Of a stretch of 64,000 bases of DNA, positions 48,943 to 61,108 are shown one piece after another; within the stretch, counting starts at the first letter, position 1, and each line of letters opens with the position of its first letter. Both the position numbers and the translations under genes were made by a program. Under the pieces are notes generated by a model. That model made no database searches. It worked only from the letters and a program-made list of their open reading frames with translations, and was not told the origin of the DNA. The DNA comes from Vezdaea acicularis (lineage: Eukaryota): contig JAPEUI010000062.1 in NCBI GenBank assembly GCA_026025075.1, forward strand, positions 1-64,000. The letters run 5' to 3'.

Positions 48943-49959
48943 TCATTCGCTCTTCACAACAGGAGGTAAATACCCCAACTCCCCTTGCCTCTTCCTGACA
49001 TATTCACCCAGCACCTTCCAATGCCTAACCTTGACTTCCATGGGCGGAAATCCCGCCAGGCCACTCGTGCTCGGCGCGACAAACAGCCTCGCCCCCTCCC
49101 ACCCCCCCTCGATCGCCCCTATCCGCTCGTCCTGCCACTCATAGTTAAACTCGCCCTTATACTTACGTCCATGACGCACTATGTAGCTACTCTCGAAAAT
49201 ACCCTTGCCGCAAAATACAATCACTTCTGGGCGGTACTTGCGGATCTTCTCTTCGAGAACAACCCATCCGGCTCTCTTCTCGGTCATAGTCAGCTCGGAC
49301 GCGCTGCGCGTCGTACGCGGACAGACGTTCGTGTGCCCGAGCCCGAATAGGCGTGGACAGTCTTGGTCTTCTTCTGGGGCACATTGGCGGGGTGTCATGC
49401 CGCTCTTGTGCAGGAAGGGCCAGAAGCGATTGCCGCTGCGTAGGGTTAGCTTGGGTACACATTCGCAGATGTGAAAGGGCGAGAGATGGGTTCAGGTGAG
49501 GTCGGGACGGAGAAGTAGGGAGGACACGTACGGATGACTGTAACAATGCCCGTTTAATGCAGATTGAATGCCCGGGTTCTCACCGACGGTCCAGGCGATT
49601 AAATTTGGTGCTATAGCATCGGGGAGGCCGGGCAATTTCGAAACATCAATTTTTGATTTGTCGATTTTTACCCGCTTGGCTTTTTTGGGTTTACCGCCTT
49701 GGGTACTGAGGGGTATGGTAACCAGAGGGTCGGCTTCGGGCTCGTCATTAGTATCGATGAGAACGATGGGGCGTTTACGGGTGGCGCCGGGGCTAGGAAG
49801 GGGAGTGGACGTCTTCTCTGCTTTGACGGGCGAGGGAAAGAAGAAGTCGTCGAGGGTACCACTGAAGGAGGGTTTGAAGGGGGGAGGTGAGTTAAGGACC
49901 GTGGGCTTCGACTCTTCGTCTTCCATCTTCCATGGCGAGGTGATCCTGCCCTTGGCCAT
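48943..49959 (-). CDS. G:T/U mismatch-specific DNA glycosylase (TDG/MUG family, Thp1-like)
   Basis: VGENPG..SALNGHCYSHP, intron 49531-49436, GNRFW..GLGHTNVCPRTT, APSTSGL. Confidence 0.88.
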
Positions 49960-50522
49960 CTTCTTGTGTGGAACGAGGTCAAGCTTTGAATGGGTATTGG
50001 GAGCTGGTATGCCTGGGCTAGGAACTTAAGGGGATAGCTTTTATGAGATTCAATCCGCAAACAAACGTAGAATCGTCCCAGGGAGACAAGGAACTCTGAT
50101 TAACAATAGTTGTTACTGGGGTCGAGTTCTCTTCGGGTGTATTACTCTACGGGAGCTCGACTGATAAATTGGTAAGGTGATGTTGCGACAATCAGGTCTC
50201 TTCCTTAAAGATCGTGTCTTCTTTGGGTGTTGGAAGAAGGGTAAGCAGAGCTTGTACCTCTCCAGAAGGAGGCCTGAGGCTACTTTTCAAAGAACGCGAA
50301 GGGTAGTACACGTGTACAGACGGGACTTCCCGCAACGCGGGGGTGAACGCGATGTCACCTGATATCAGGCAGCAGTTTAGGCAACAATGAAATCGCAGGG
50401 TGAAACATTTTCCTAGCCTGTTAATGGCCGTGCCAGAAGAGCCGAATGCATGTGCAAAGAGGATATACAACAGAAGTGTGATCTGGTCCAACCAAGTCAC
50501 TCAACGCCTCCAGGTAAACTGC

Positions 50523-53500
50523 TTATTGTGTCACCGCTCGAACGGCCTGTAGGAGCAAGCCAAACACCAAGCCCCTTGCTACGTCCTCAACCTGTAAGCA
50601 GTCAAATACCCGGCCAAGCGCCTCTCCACTTGCTGCACTGCCCATAACACTGGTCAGAGCTTGGGGCATTCCCCTTTCGACCAGCAGCTTGCGGGCTTTC
50701 AGTCTGAGCTTTCCCTTCTCTTCCGGCGTTCGTGGAGGTGGAAACGATTTCAGCTCTTCTTCGGTAGGTAATGAACTAGAACGGAGTTTATTTATGTGAG
50801 AAGCAATGCCTGCGTCTGATACGTTGGCTTCGATGACCGAATCTTGTATAAGGACACGGATTGATTCCAGGTTCGGGTTGCCTGGCCGAAGCAGAAAAGT
50901 CTTTGCTGCGGTGAGGAGAGTCCGCCGGATGTTCCAGGCGGAAGAAAGGGTATAGAGTTCATTAATTACTGCAAAGAGCAACTCTACAGCAACTTTGGTT
51001 TCTTGTTCCGTGAGGGGCGTCTTACGGGAATCGCTGCTATTTGGCACAGAGGCAGTAGCCTCCAGTTCTAATGAGGTAGACTTCTCAGTGTGAGAAGGAT
51101 ATATGCTGGAAGGCGCTGTACTTGTGGATGATCTAACAGTAGCGCTTTCGGTGCGTGAGTGATTTAAAGTCCTAGGTGGTGAGGTTGTTACCGAGTCAAA
51201 ATCATCCGGCATCGCGCTTGGCGGTGGCGGAAGATTGATATCTTCGTACGTTTCTCCATGAGGCAAGGATTGCGGTGCATCCATGAGTAAGGCGTCACGT
51301 GTATGGTCCCCACCATATTTGTTATTGATAGAGGATCTCGATGATGCAGGTATAGGTATTGTAGTTTCGCTTTCGCTTATGACGCTGCCTCTTTGTTGAG
51401 TCGCTGGAGAAGGTCTTGGTGGAAGAATGTTAGTACCGTTCATGCTATCAACACTCTTACGGCTCTCGAGGGCCTCAATACTCTCTGGAGAGTATCCGGT
51501 AGGAGACATAGAATCTACGCTGGGAGTACGATCTAGGCTGCCGGTGGACATGCTGGCTCTGCTTTGAGTAATGCTAAAACATCACTGTTAGTTTTTATTT
51601 GAGTTAATGACACTGGTTAAGGGTAGCAAAGATTGGCTTGCCTTCGTTTTGTTGTCCCGGGAGGTGCTGCTAGCGGCTTTTTCTGACCTAATGATCCAAC
51701 AGCCCCTATTGCTCCCGTTATGCCACCCAGCATAGCTTTACCTCCATCAGCAGCCCCCTTTGGAGCACTTGTCAAGGCATCGAGCATGCCTTTCCCCATC
51801 GTCTCAAAAGATGCAGGGCTTGGCCATCCGATCCCAGAGTTCCCTTTCCCATTTCCACTTGACGAAGACATGCTAGTGTCTTGCTCCTTCTCTAAGAATC
51901 GCTTCATTCCCTCGCTTTCGGCGAGGTCTTTGTACCAAAGAGCATCTCCTAGATACCTTTCAAGTTCTCCTGTAAGGCCAGACTTTGTATTGCCCTTCCA
52001 AGAAGGTAGGGTGGCATGCTGTGCAGTGAAAGCCTTGGCGATAGAGACACCCGATATTCTGCGTAGTACTTCATGAAGTGTCTCGAAGTCGGCATACTTT
52101 CGGACAATCATCCATCCCGGATGTGTGGACTTTGCAGGTTCGATTTGAATCAGATAGTCGACCATCGGCTTCGTCCGAATCCTTCCTTTATCACCTGGAA
52201 TCGTATCGTCAAATATTGTAATCTTTGCAGTATGTAAAGTCATTGGTGATGGCTCTGATGGCTGGAGTTTTGGGGGGAGTGGTAAGCCTGACTGTAGCGC
52301 AGTCGGCTTTTGTAAAGGTAATATCTGATCAAAACTAGTGAAAGGTGAGGCTGTGACTGCAGATGTAATTGCGTGTGAGTCTGAACTAGGTAAGGTTTGT
52401 TTTACAGGAGAAACTGGTGAATCCATCTCCGCTCCATTCTCAAGTGCCAGATCATCGACTTTTCCATTATTTTCTCCAGCAGCAATGAGATTGTTGATGC
52501 GTTGAATTTCTTGAATAGTCTCCTGCATCGCCTCTTCAGCTTTGCTAACCCTTTTGCGGTGCCCCCTAGCTTGGCTTCTCTCTTCCTCCGAAGTCTTCGT
52601 ACTCGACCTAGGAACGGATGGATTGAAATTCGAGTTCATATAGGTAATATCGTTAGCATCCCTTCCCATGCCTACGTCAATGGCGCTCATAAGCTCCGGC
52701 TCGCCCTCTTCAAGTAGATATACGAGTAGCTCGTTGATCCACTCAGGTTTGGAGCAGCTCTGGACAGTCTTTTCTAGGACTACTCCAGCTAATATCTCTT
52801 TCAAGAATAGACGCGCCGGTTCACAATTGAAAGTCTTCGAGTCTAGGAAGCTTTCTAAAATATCTTCAGAAACCATCCTTAGCTTCTTCTCCTGGTTCGT
52901 TCGATCTATGATGTTCGCGAGGTTACTTTTTGGGGTTTTCTCGAGATATGATTCAACTACATCGGCTGCTGAGCTAGGTGTCGTAGAAGTCGACAAAGCA
53001 GTTGCAAGCTCTCCAAGAAAGACAATTACAATTGATGATGAGTTCGTTAAGAAGTCAAGAAAAGCGTCGACATGTCGTTTCCTAGAAAGGTGTGCTGATA
53101 TAGACATCACGAACCCAGTAAATGCTTGTCGACAAGCCGCAGGAAAGGACGCCTCAGCTGGCAGAATTGGCGAATACCACCACCTGGACACGAATTGGAG
53201 TCAGTAAATACTCTAGTCGACTCGTAGAATGGTTTTTACTTGACATAGTCCTGAATGACCGCATCAGTCAAGCCGTTCAGGGCCAGCGCAGTTTCAGGCG
53301 CAAATCCAGAGTAATCTAGGGTGCTCCCAGACGACAGCAGAACGTCTGCCTCGCGGTGGCGAAGGTTCTCTCCATGTCCAAATTTATTCCTAGTATGTTC
53401 TCGCCAGTCCAGGACTCTCCCTATAAGGTCTAGGCCAAGTTCCCTTCTTCTTTGGATCTCCTTAGCCCTGGGTTCTTCACCTAGCCCAGAGCTAGTATTT

Positions 53501-53793
53501 CCCTCCCATGTAGCATGCAGTACAATACCACCAACAACACCAATTATAACCAAACCCACGCGCCCAAGCACCAAATATGTAGTTGCACCTAAGCCAACGA
53601 AGCATGCTCCAAGGGTTTCATTACTAGCGTTGGAGAGGAAGTCGAGAACATGCGAAGTGACGTCTTGTGCAGAGTCGAAAGCAGGATTGGAAGCCGTTAT
53701 AGGACGTGCTTCATCACGCGCCGACTCGTTGGGGACATCAAGTCCGTTTCCTACTACATTGATCGAGTTACTATCCCCAAAAGCCTCTGCCAT
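50523..53793 (-). CDS. PXA-PX-nexin C-terminal domain protein (sorting nexin-like)
   Basis: N-terminal hydrophobic segment, PXA (VIQDYVKWWYSPIL), PX (GWMIVRKYADFETLHEVLRR), C-terminal ELYTLSSAWNIRR; second intron 51641-51574 is GC-AG. Confidence 0.82.
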
Positions 53794-54212
53794 GTTCTTG
53801 TCGTCGCTGGCGATATTGCTTGCCGTTGGGCAATTGATAAAGCTTGTTCACATCATCTCCCTTGATCACACCAAGAAACCGCAGAAACACGAATGTGGCA
53901 TTCGGATAGTCAAACCTTGCAGGGAAGGACTAAGGAATTGAGGATTTGGATTAAAGGATAGGAGGTCATTTGGTTAAGCACTACGCTGACGATGTATGTG
54001 AAATTCGCTTAAGTTTTTCTCACATTGAGACCATGTCACCTTTGTTCCCTTGGCAGATTGACGGTTGTTCTTATGACACGTAAACACTAAGTAAGATTTT
54101 TGTATCTCGAAGCTGTCAATGGTCCCCAATATATCTATCATACACATGGTGATACTCTACATATTGTACCATATACCCTTGGCTCCTAAGATACTGGACA
54201 CCCCTTCTTTCG

Positions 54213-55633
54213 TTACTTCGTTTGCGGGATAACCTTGGCGGCAGCCAACTCGTCGAACGTTTCACTCAGAGCGTCCCAAGTGTCCACGTACCCCGTCCAG
54301 CCCAATTTGCGCGCCTTGCTCATTGACTGAACAATATCGTAATTTCGCCCGAGCACGAAACCTAGGAATCCCCATGTGGCTTTATAGAATGCCTGTTTGT
54401 CCAGTCCCTCCCTTGCGGCAAGAGTCTGCCATGCCTTTTTGACTTCAGCCTTTTGGGACCACTTGATTAAGTCGACGCGCTGCTCAACGAGGCCTTGACC
54501 AACGCGGTTTTTGAGGCCGCGTGAGGCGGCAGAGTCGTCTATGGGCGGGCGTTCGGCAAGTTTCATCATTGAAGCGTCCGGTGTGGGGGGGGCGAACTGG
54601 TCTTCAGGGATCTTGCACCCGAAACGGTAGGCTAGCTTTGGCCAGAGGTTTTGCCAAGATTCAATATCACCGTTTACGACATTGAAGGCTTGGTTGCCAG
54701 CGCGGGGCTCAAGGGCGGCCCAGATATTGAATTCTATAGGAATGATGTCAATGTCTAGAAGACAGCAGGAAGAGCATAGGTGACTGACGTGCGTGGAGCT
54801 TGCTGTATGTGAAGTTATCGAATCTTGTGTAAAAGGTTTCGCTGCCCGGGAACAGGAGGGGCGCGCCCAACTCCTTATGAATAGCGGCGTAGAGGCTAAT
54901 CGAGGTAGAAAGGTTCATGAAGTTACCTAGATACATCGTGTAAGCAAAGGATGACTCCGCTTGTAGATATTATCCTTACCAAGAGCAAACCCAATCACGT
55001 CATTAGGGTAGGTGACAACCTAAAGGAGGTTGGCGAGGAATAGGGGTTAGGGATAGGGACATCTCGTACCCAGTCCCACTGCTTGCCTTTTGCAGCATTG
55101 GCAAGAATCCTTTGCTGGTTGTAGTAGAAGTTTGGAGGACGGTCCGAGCCCTCAATCCAAGGGTCACTCTCTTCCATGGGGTTCTTGGCCGGGCCTAGAT
55201 GAACTCCATATTGTTTCGCACCAGTTGTCAGGAGAACCCTCTTGAGTCTCTTCTCTGCACCCGTGATCGCCAGCGCATTCAAGAAACTCTCAAGCATTGC
55301 GCTATTGACGTCCCAGTTCTCTTGATCTGAGTCTTTCTGGAGGTAAGCAGAGAAGAAAACGTATTCCGCCTCGACTCCATCAAGCTGCTTGGCCATGTCT
55401 TGGACATTGGCGGTAAGGTCGACCTTGTTATGGCTCACATTCGAAGGCCAGTCTTCAGCCTTGCTCCGAGAGAGTGCATGGATTGTTTGAAATTGCTTAT
55501 CTCTCCCTAAATGTGATACAATTTCACGACCTAGGATGCCTGTACCATGAAGAGCACATAGTTAGACTGATAGGCAAGAGGATTTCATTTGAAAGAACCT
55601 ACCGGTGGCACCAGTCACAATTGCAGAAGACAT
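54213..55633 (-). CDS. PRISE-type (progesterone 5-beta-reductase/iridoid synthase-like) short-chain reductase
   Basis: MSSAIVTGATG/ILGREI, YVFFSAY, TGAKQYG, PPNFYY, NQAFNVVNGD, MSKARKLGWTGYVDT over several exons. Confidence 0.85.
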
Positions 55634-56188
55634 ATTGTAATTGCTGTTACTCTAGAGGTAGGATAACCTCTACAGGAGCATGTAGGTGAGAGGGAGAGCA
55701 GCGGGAGCGAAATGCTAGCCCAGGATATAAGGTTGGAAGTGTAGACAACGCACTACCCCTCACCCAATATCCACTGCTTGCAGCGGCGATCTCGATTGTG
55801 ATAGCCCATCTTTCCACACTTCTGAAGCCATCCTGGCCGCAGGAGTGATGTCACTCAGACACAACCGATTAAGTCATAACAATGCATCGTTTCCAGAAAC
55901 CCTCTGACCTCGGCATATTAGAAGCTTGACTGACTAAGGACGGTATTTCCCCCATTGATTACCGTACGTTTCTGCTTGAAAGATTTAATTGGATATGGGA
56001 AGATGAACTTAGTCTCATTAAATAGAAGATCACAGTGTGATACTTATATTTTCTTTCTGACCGACTCAATTGGTGTTTCTGCCAAGTTTTGAAAGGCGGT
56101 GAAAAGAAAGTCTAAGAAAATCGGGCCACTAAACTCAATCATAGCTTCAAAAATAAACCCATTGAAGAACCGTGTCCACTGATCAGCT

Positions 56189-56814
56189 ATGGTCCGCAAG
56201 CTCAAATATCACGAGCAGAAACTCCTTCGAAAAGTTGACTTCACCACCTTCCCCTCCGACAACAATCATCGCGATGCTGCTGTAATTCGTCGGTATGCGA
56301 TCCAGCAGCCTGGGGACTACACGAAATACAACCGTCTCTGTGGAAACCTACGCCAATTAGCGCATAAACTCGCACATCTTGAGCCGGATGACCCTGTACG
56401 GCGGAAGCTGGAGGATGGAATGCTAGAGAAGCTGTGGACAATGGGTATTCTAGGGACTGGAGGCGGAGGTAAAGGAAAATTGAGTGATGTGGAGCGGAAG
56501 GTTACGGTCAGTGCCTTCGCAAGAAGGAGACTGGGGGTTGTAATGACTAGGCTGGGGATGGCCGATAACGTCCAAGCTGCGATCAAGTTCGTCGAGCAGG
56601 GCCACGTCAGAGTTGGGCCAGAGGTTGTCACGGATCCAGCGTTCTTAGTCACACGGTAAGATTGCTCACTATGACACAAAGGCTTGTGAAGATTCAAATA
56701 TTAATTGAACTATCTAGTAACATGGAGGACTTTGTTACCTGGGTCGACTCCAGTAAGATTAAGAGGAATATACTTAAGTATAGAGATAAGTTAGACGATT
56801 TCGACTTGCTGTGA
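56189..56814 (+). CDS. IMP3: U3 snoRNP protein Imp3
   Basis: [50 protein letters not shown], intron, [22 protein letters not shown]. Confidence 0.96.
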
Positions 56815-56843
56815 GAAGCTACGAAACGACGCAGATCCTATAT

Positions 56844-58055
56844 TCAGCGCTTTTTGTTCAAGCGCTCGATCCAGTGGACCATTTTATTTGCAACATAATC
56901 CGGTGCCTCCTCGGCAATAAAATGACCTATCGAGCCGTCATCTGGTTTGACTTCAATGGGCGAGGCTTTGAACTCGGTGCCGGGTCTGATCCAATTCTCG
57001 TCCTCCCAGATTCTCTTGACCTCTTTCTCATCCCGACCTAGGAATGCGCTCGAGTACAGCACCAACGTCGGCACGGCTATATTCCTGCCAGCTGCCTGGT
57101 CCTCTTCTTGCAGCCGCACCTCTTCGTTCCCGCCATATCTATAGTCCTCACAGGTCGCTCGTACCACCTCACTTTTCTCGAAATGCTTGGCATACACCTC
57201 CATTGCACCGTCCTCCAACCTGTTGATGCCATGCGCATAAGTTCCACGCCAGCGCTCCATGCTCATCTTACACCAAAGCCCGCCTCCCAGCTTCTCAATC
57301 ATCTGCGTTGCGATTTCTACATTTGCAAGGAACGGCCAATGGAAAGATCTTTGACTGGCGCTTGAGAAGCCAAAGCCGCGCCATTGAACAAGAGTTGGAA
57401 CGATATCCAAGAGAATAGCTGAGCGGATGGTCAATGCACCTGAGACGACACGAACAGGGAGAGACTTGTAGTCAGAGTGTTCGATGATCATGCGGTGAAT
57501 CAAGCGAGCGCCGCGGTCATGTCCAGCAAGTATCAGATTGGTATAAGGAGTAGGGTGCGGAAGGGCATGCCGGAGAGCAGCGAGAATAGACCGACAGTGT
57601 GAGGCCTTGTCGGATGTTGCGGTGGTCGAATCCCCGTAGCCCGGAATCTAGGGCTTATAAGTCAGGGTTGACAATTGCTGATTGTCACCTTACATCGCAT
57701 ATGAATAAGGCGATTTCATTGGGAATGAGGGGAATTATCTGCCGGTTAGGTCAGCAGCGTCGACTTTCTGAATGATGAAAAGTAGCTTGCATAGCGCCAC
57801 CTATATGGGTTAGCCATGCCGTCCGTTCCTTGGAGTTTGGCCTTACATGTAACTTCTGCATAGCTTATTAGTGGATAGCTACTCCATTGCGCAGCCAGGC
57901 ATGACTTACGATTGAGGATAACCGTGCACGAGGAGTAGTACGGTGTCATTGTCCCGGACTTTGTCGAGTCCTCTCGTATAGTATACAACTGCTGTACCGC
58001 CTTCATGATGAAACTTCGAAGGAGTATCAAACACCTTCGCGGTCTCTGCATCCAT
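56844..58055 (-). CDS. Alpha/beta hydrolase, fluoroacetate dehalogenase-like
   Basis: Exons 58055-57910, 57855-57847, 57800-57791, 57738-57694, 57647-56844 give HGYPQSSYMWRY, DIPGYG, GHDRGAR, LDIVPT, FHWPF, CEDYR, GHFIAEEAP. Confidence 0.85.
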
Positions 58056-58680
58056 GGCTCCACAGCGCTGACTTCAATTCCGTAACGTAGGATTCTGAAC
58101 CACGCAGTAGGGTCTAGCCTGATACCAGCGAAAATGGACACGTTCGAATTGAAGTGGTTGTCGTCTCCTAGGCACGAAATTGTGGATGAGATCGAAGTGT
58201 CTCAGGATTTCCTCAAGACCTGATTCATTGACTGATGGACGTTGACTATCTACAATTGACATCAGTTGTGTGTAATAATAGATGCCAGAAGATCCCCGCA
58301 CATCGAAGGTTCGATCTGACCCGATTGGGTACATCATTAAGGAACTCATCCTCTCGGTAACTGTCCACTGAGAGACTGGGAAATTACTATCTGCCCAGAC
58401 CAGTTTCTTTCGCATTATTGTATGCTGATGCCTTCACAACTCTTCGATTAGAGTATCGAGTGATAAAGGTACTGAGTAACATGAACACTCATATTTGAGT
58501 AGGTCAAGCTCGCTAACCCTCTGGCGAGTATAGTCTACATAGCCAGTGATAGCTTCCCCGGCTTCGGTCTACGACCTGGATAGTTAATCCGATTGGTTAC
58601 ATTGTCTGACCAACTCAACCTTTACGTCCATAATTGTTTTCAATTTCCACTGCTCCTAGTCATCGACAGAGCGCTTCAAC

Positions 58681-59721
58681 ATGGAGATCGTAGCATAGTT
58701 CAAAACGGGTTTTTGGGGAGGGGGGGCGATCCCAGAATCCCCCCCCTTAAACACCCGACGTTAGGGACAACAGAGCAGAATACTGCTCATATCATAGGAC
58801 TTGATGGAAATTGACAGATTTCTCTGAGCTATCTAGCAGGATCCTGAGGACTCGTCGAAGACGGTCCCAGTTGTGGAGTCCACGACCACCGCGAAGGTCT
58901 CATGCTTGGCGGATCAGTCACCCTTTGGAGATACGTTGAGGACATCATCACCACAAGCAGGCCCACTGTCCCCAGGGCATTCTACCAAGATGCCAGTCCC
59001 ACCAAACTCAACTCCTAACTAATCACAGAAACAAGTGGTGTCATCTAACGGGTACTTCACTTCAAATGCTATTCCATTACAGCAACAATGGCGGCTATCC
59101 TTGAATCAACAAGCTATAGCGAACACTTAGAAGTAAAAGGAAGGCGGACAGTCTTGGCATACAAGATTCCGGGACTGTATCACAAGTTGACCTCTATAAG
59201 CAGTTGTCTCTCCCAGCGCCGTAGTCGCGCAGCTCGAGCTCGAGGTTCCTCATGTCCCGACTATGATACCTGAGTGGTTTGCACATCACTTTTCTGTCCC
59301 TGCGTTCAGATAGGGAAGACTTATGCTCGTCTTAAAGACTCTGATTTCCGTGACCACATTGAATTTCATTCCATGGTAAGGCTTGCTTCTACTTTCGCCT
59401 ATCTATAAATCTTTTGCTGATTGAAATCCATTATAGTATGCAAGCTAGTTCAGCCTATGTCTTACAAGCATAGCTTGAATACCACTCTACTGGATAACAA
59501 GAATGACTAGCCGCCGGTACATTCGAGCTCAGTACAATTTGGATGGGCATGGCTGGTTAGACTGCGCATGTGCAGCATTCTGTTGTCCGTTCGCTATGGC
59601 ACAAGAGGAGAAAGAGGTCAGATACAGGAACTCTCAACGCGCATCGGAGCTTCATTCACTACATCGCTATCAACAGGCACCCGTCAGGATGGTGCACGGC
59701 CGGACGCACGACGAAATGTAA
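58681..59721 (+). pseudogene. PLAC8-family pseudogene with multiple in-frame stops
   Basis: WHTRFRDC, FCPCVQIGKT..RL and RRYIRAQYNLDG..DCACAAFCCPFAMAQEEKEV motifs; stops at 58825, 58834, 59020, 59128, 59134, 59188, 59446, 59476. Confidence 0.75.
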
Positions 59722-61108
59722 GAATCTCATCTATCTAGGATACAGTTCACTCGGACACAAGACTGCATGGGCCATGGAATTTCGTAAGACCTCTGGCGTT
59801 AAGTTGTTTCGGAAATTGGTGGGATTATGAAGCTAAGGGTCTTTTTTCGTTCACTGAATAAGATAATTGAAACGCCTAACACGCTACGTGTTACTACGCT
59901 CTCAACTTTTGACTAGATTTCAATCAGGTACTGTGTCTTTGAAGTAGACAGGCCTCTCGGTCATGAACACTCCCTTCTAATCTGAGCCGCTCCCCAACAT
60001 TGAACTAGTTTCGTCACATGAATGACTGCTCGTAATGTATACGACCTCGAATTATAAGAGCGGCTCCTCTTTTGACGGGCGGCCTCATCAGATCGGCAGT
60101 CTCTTATTACCTGGGCGACCTCCCATGATCTAGGCGAACTCTCGTAGTAACGGGCAACCTTTCATGGTCGAAACGGCCTCCCAACCCTTTCTTCTCAGTA
60201 CAAGGTGCTCGCCGTAATTAGGGGTTCCTAAGCAGCAATATACGTAGTATACGTGATCTTGATTCAGGCATAGAGCTTTACCAACAGCATACTTCGAGGA
60301 GCGTGTCAAGAGTTGCTATATATCTCGTAACATATTTCAACTGACAAAGTCGTGCCAAAGGCTAACAGCGAAAGCACCGCCTCGCGCAAAGACTGCCCTG
60401 CCCGATACAGATTATTTGCGTACTTTGACAATATATATCTTGAAGCGGCTCTGTCCGTAGGCTCATTCGCTCCCTGACCGCCGCTGGACATTGCCGAACT
60501 GTGCCACGCGGTCAGATCCGTTTCTCGCTGCGCACAACGAAGCAAAGGCTTAGCAACTATGCCAAGCTTTGAAACTCCCCTCGTGGTTGGCTCACTCGTA
60601 CTCTTATTTCGGCAGCCCCCTGGATTTTCCCGGGCAACCCTGACTCGATCATCCTATTGCCCTGGGCTAACTCGCCGGTTCGTTTCTTCACCGCGTAAGC
60701 ACTGACACGGAGCCTTCGATATTTCCGCTGTTGCTTTCGACGTCGATGCTAAGAGTTAAGCCTTAGTCCTAATTGTAGCACGGCTAACTCGTAAACATGG
60801 AAATCTTGTGCCCAAAAATTACGGTGATTGTCAGGCTGTTGCCGGCTTGTGTGTATGTCCCGAGAACGTATGAGAGCGCTATGCTGATCTTGTTGCGTCC
60901 GTAAAACTCCCATCTATTTTTCTTACATTCAAGAGTGCTATATATATCCTCTCTATATCTCCCTCTCTTGAACATCAATTTTCACACATTCCTTCCCTAA
61001 GGAACGGCATTTGTGCATATACCCTTCCTATAAACCTGTATATTCCGCCTCCTTAACTGTCACATTATTGATTCAGGCTTGATATCTCAGCCATACAACA
61101 TAGCAAGC

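Noticed and set aside
12084..53941. Many long antisense ORFs inside large genes (e.g. 26105-26632, 31975-32538, 53321-53941)
   Set aside because: Shadow frames caused by codon structure of the real genes on the opposite strand
58074..58415. 113-aa ATG ORF just upstream of the hydrolase
   Set aside because: No recognisable family; cannot be supported without a search
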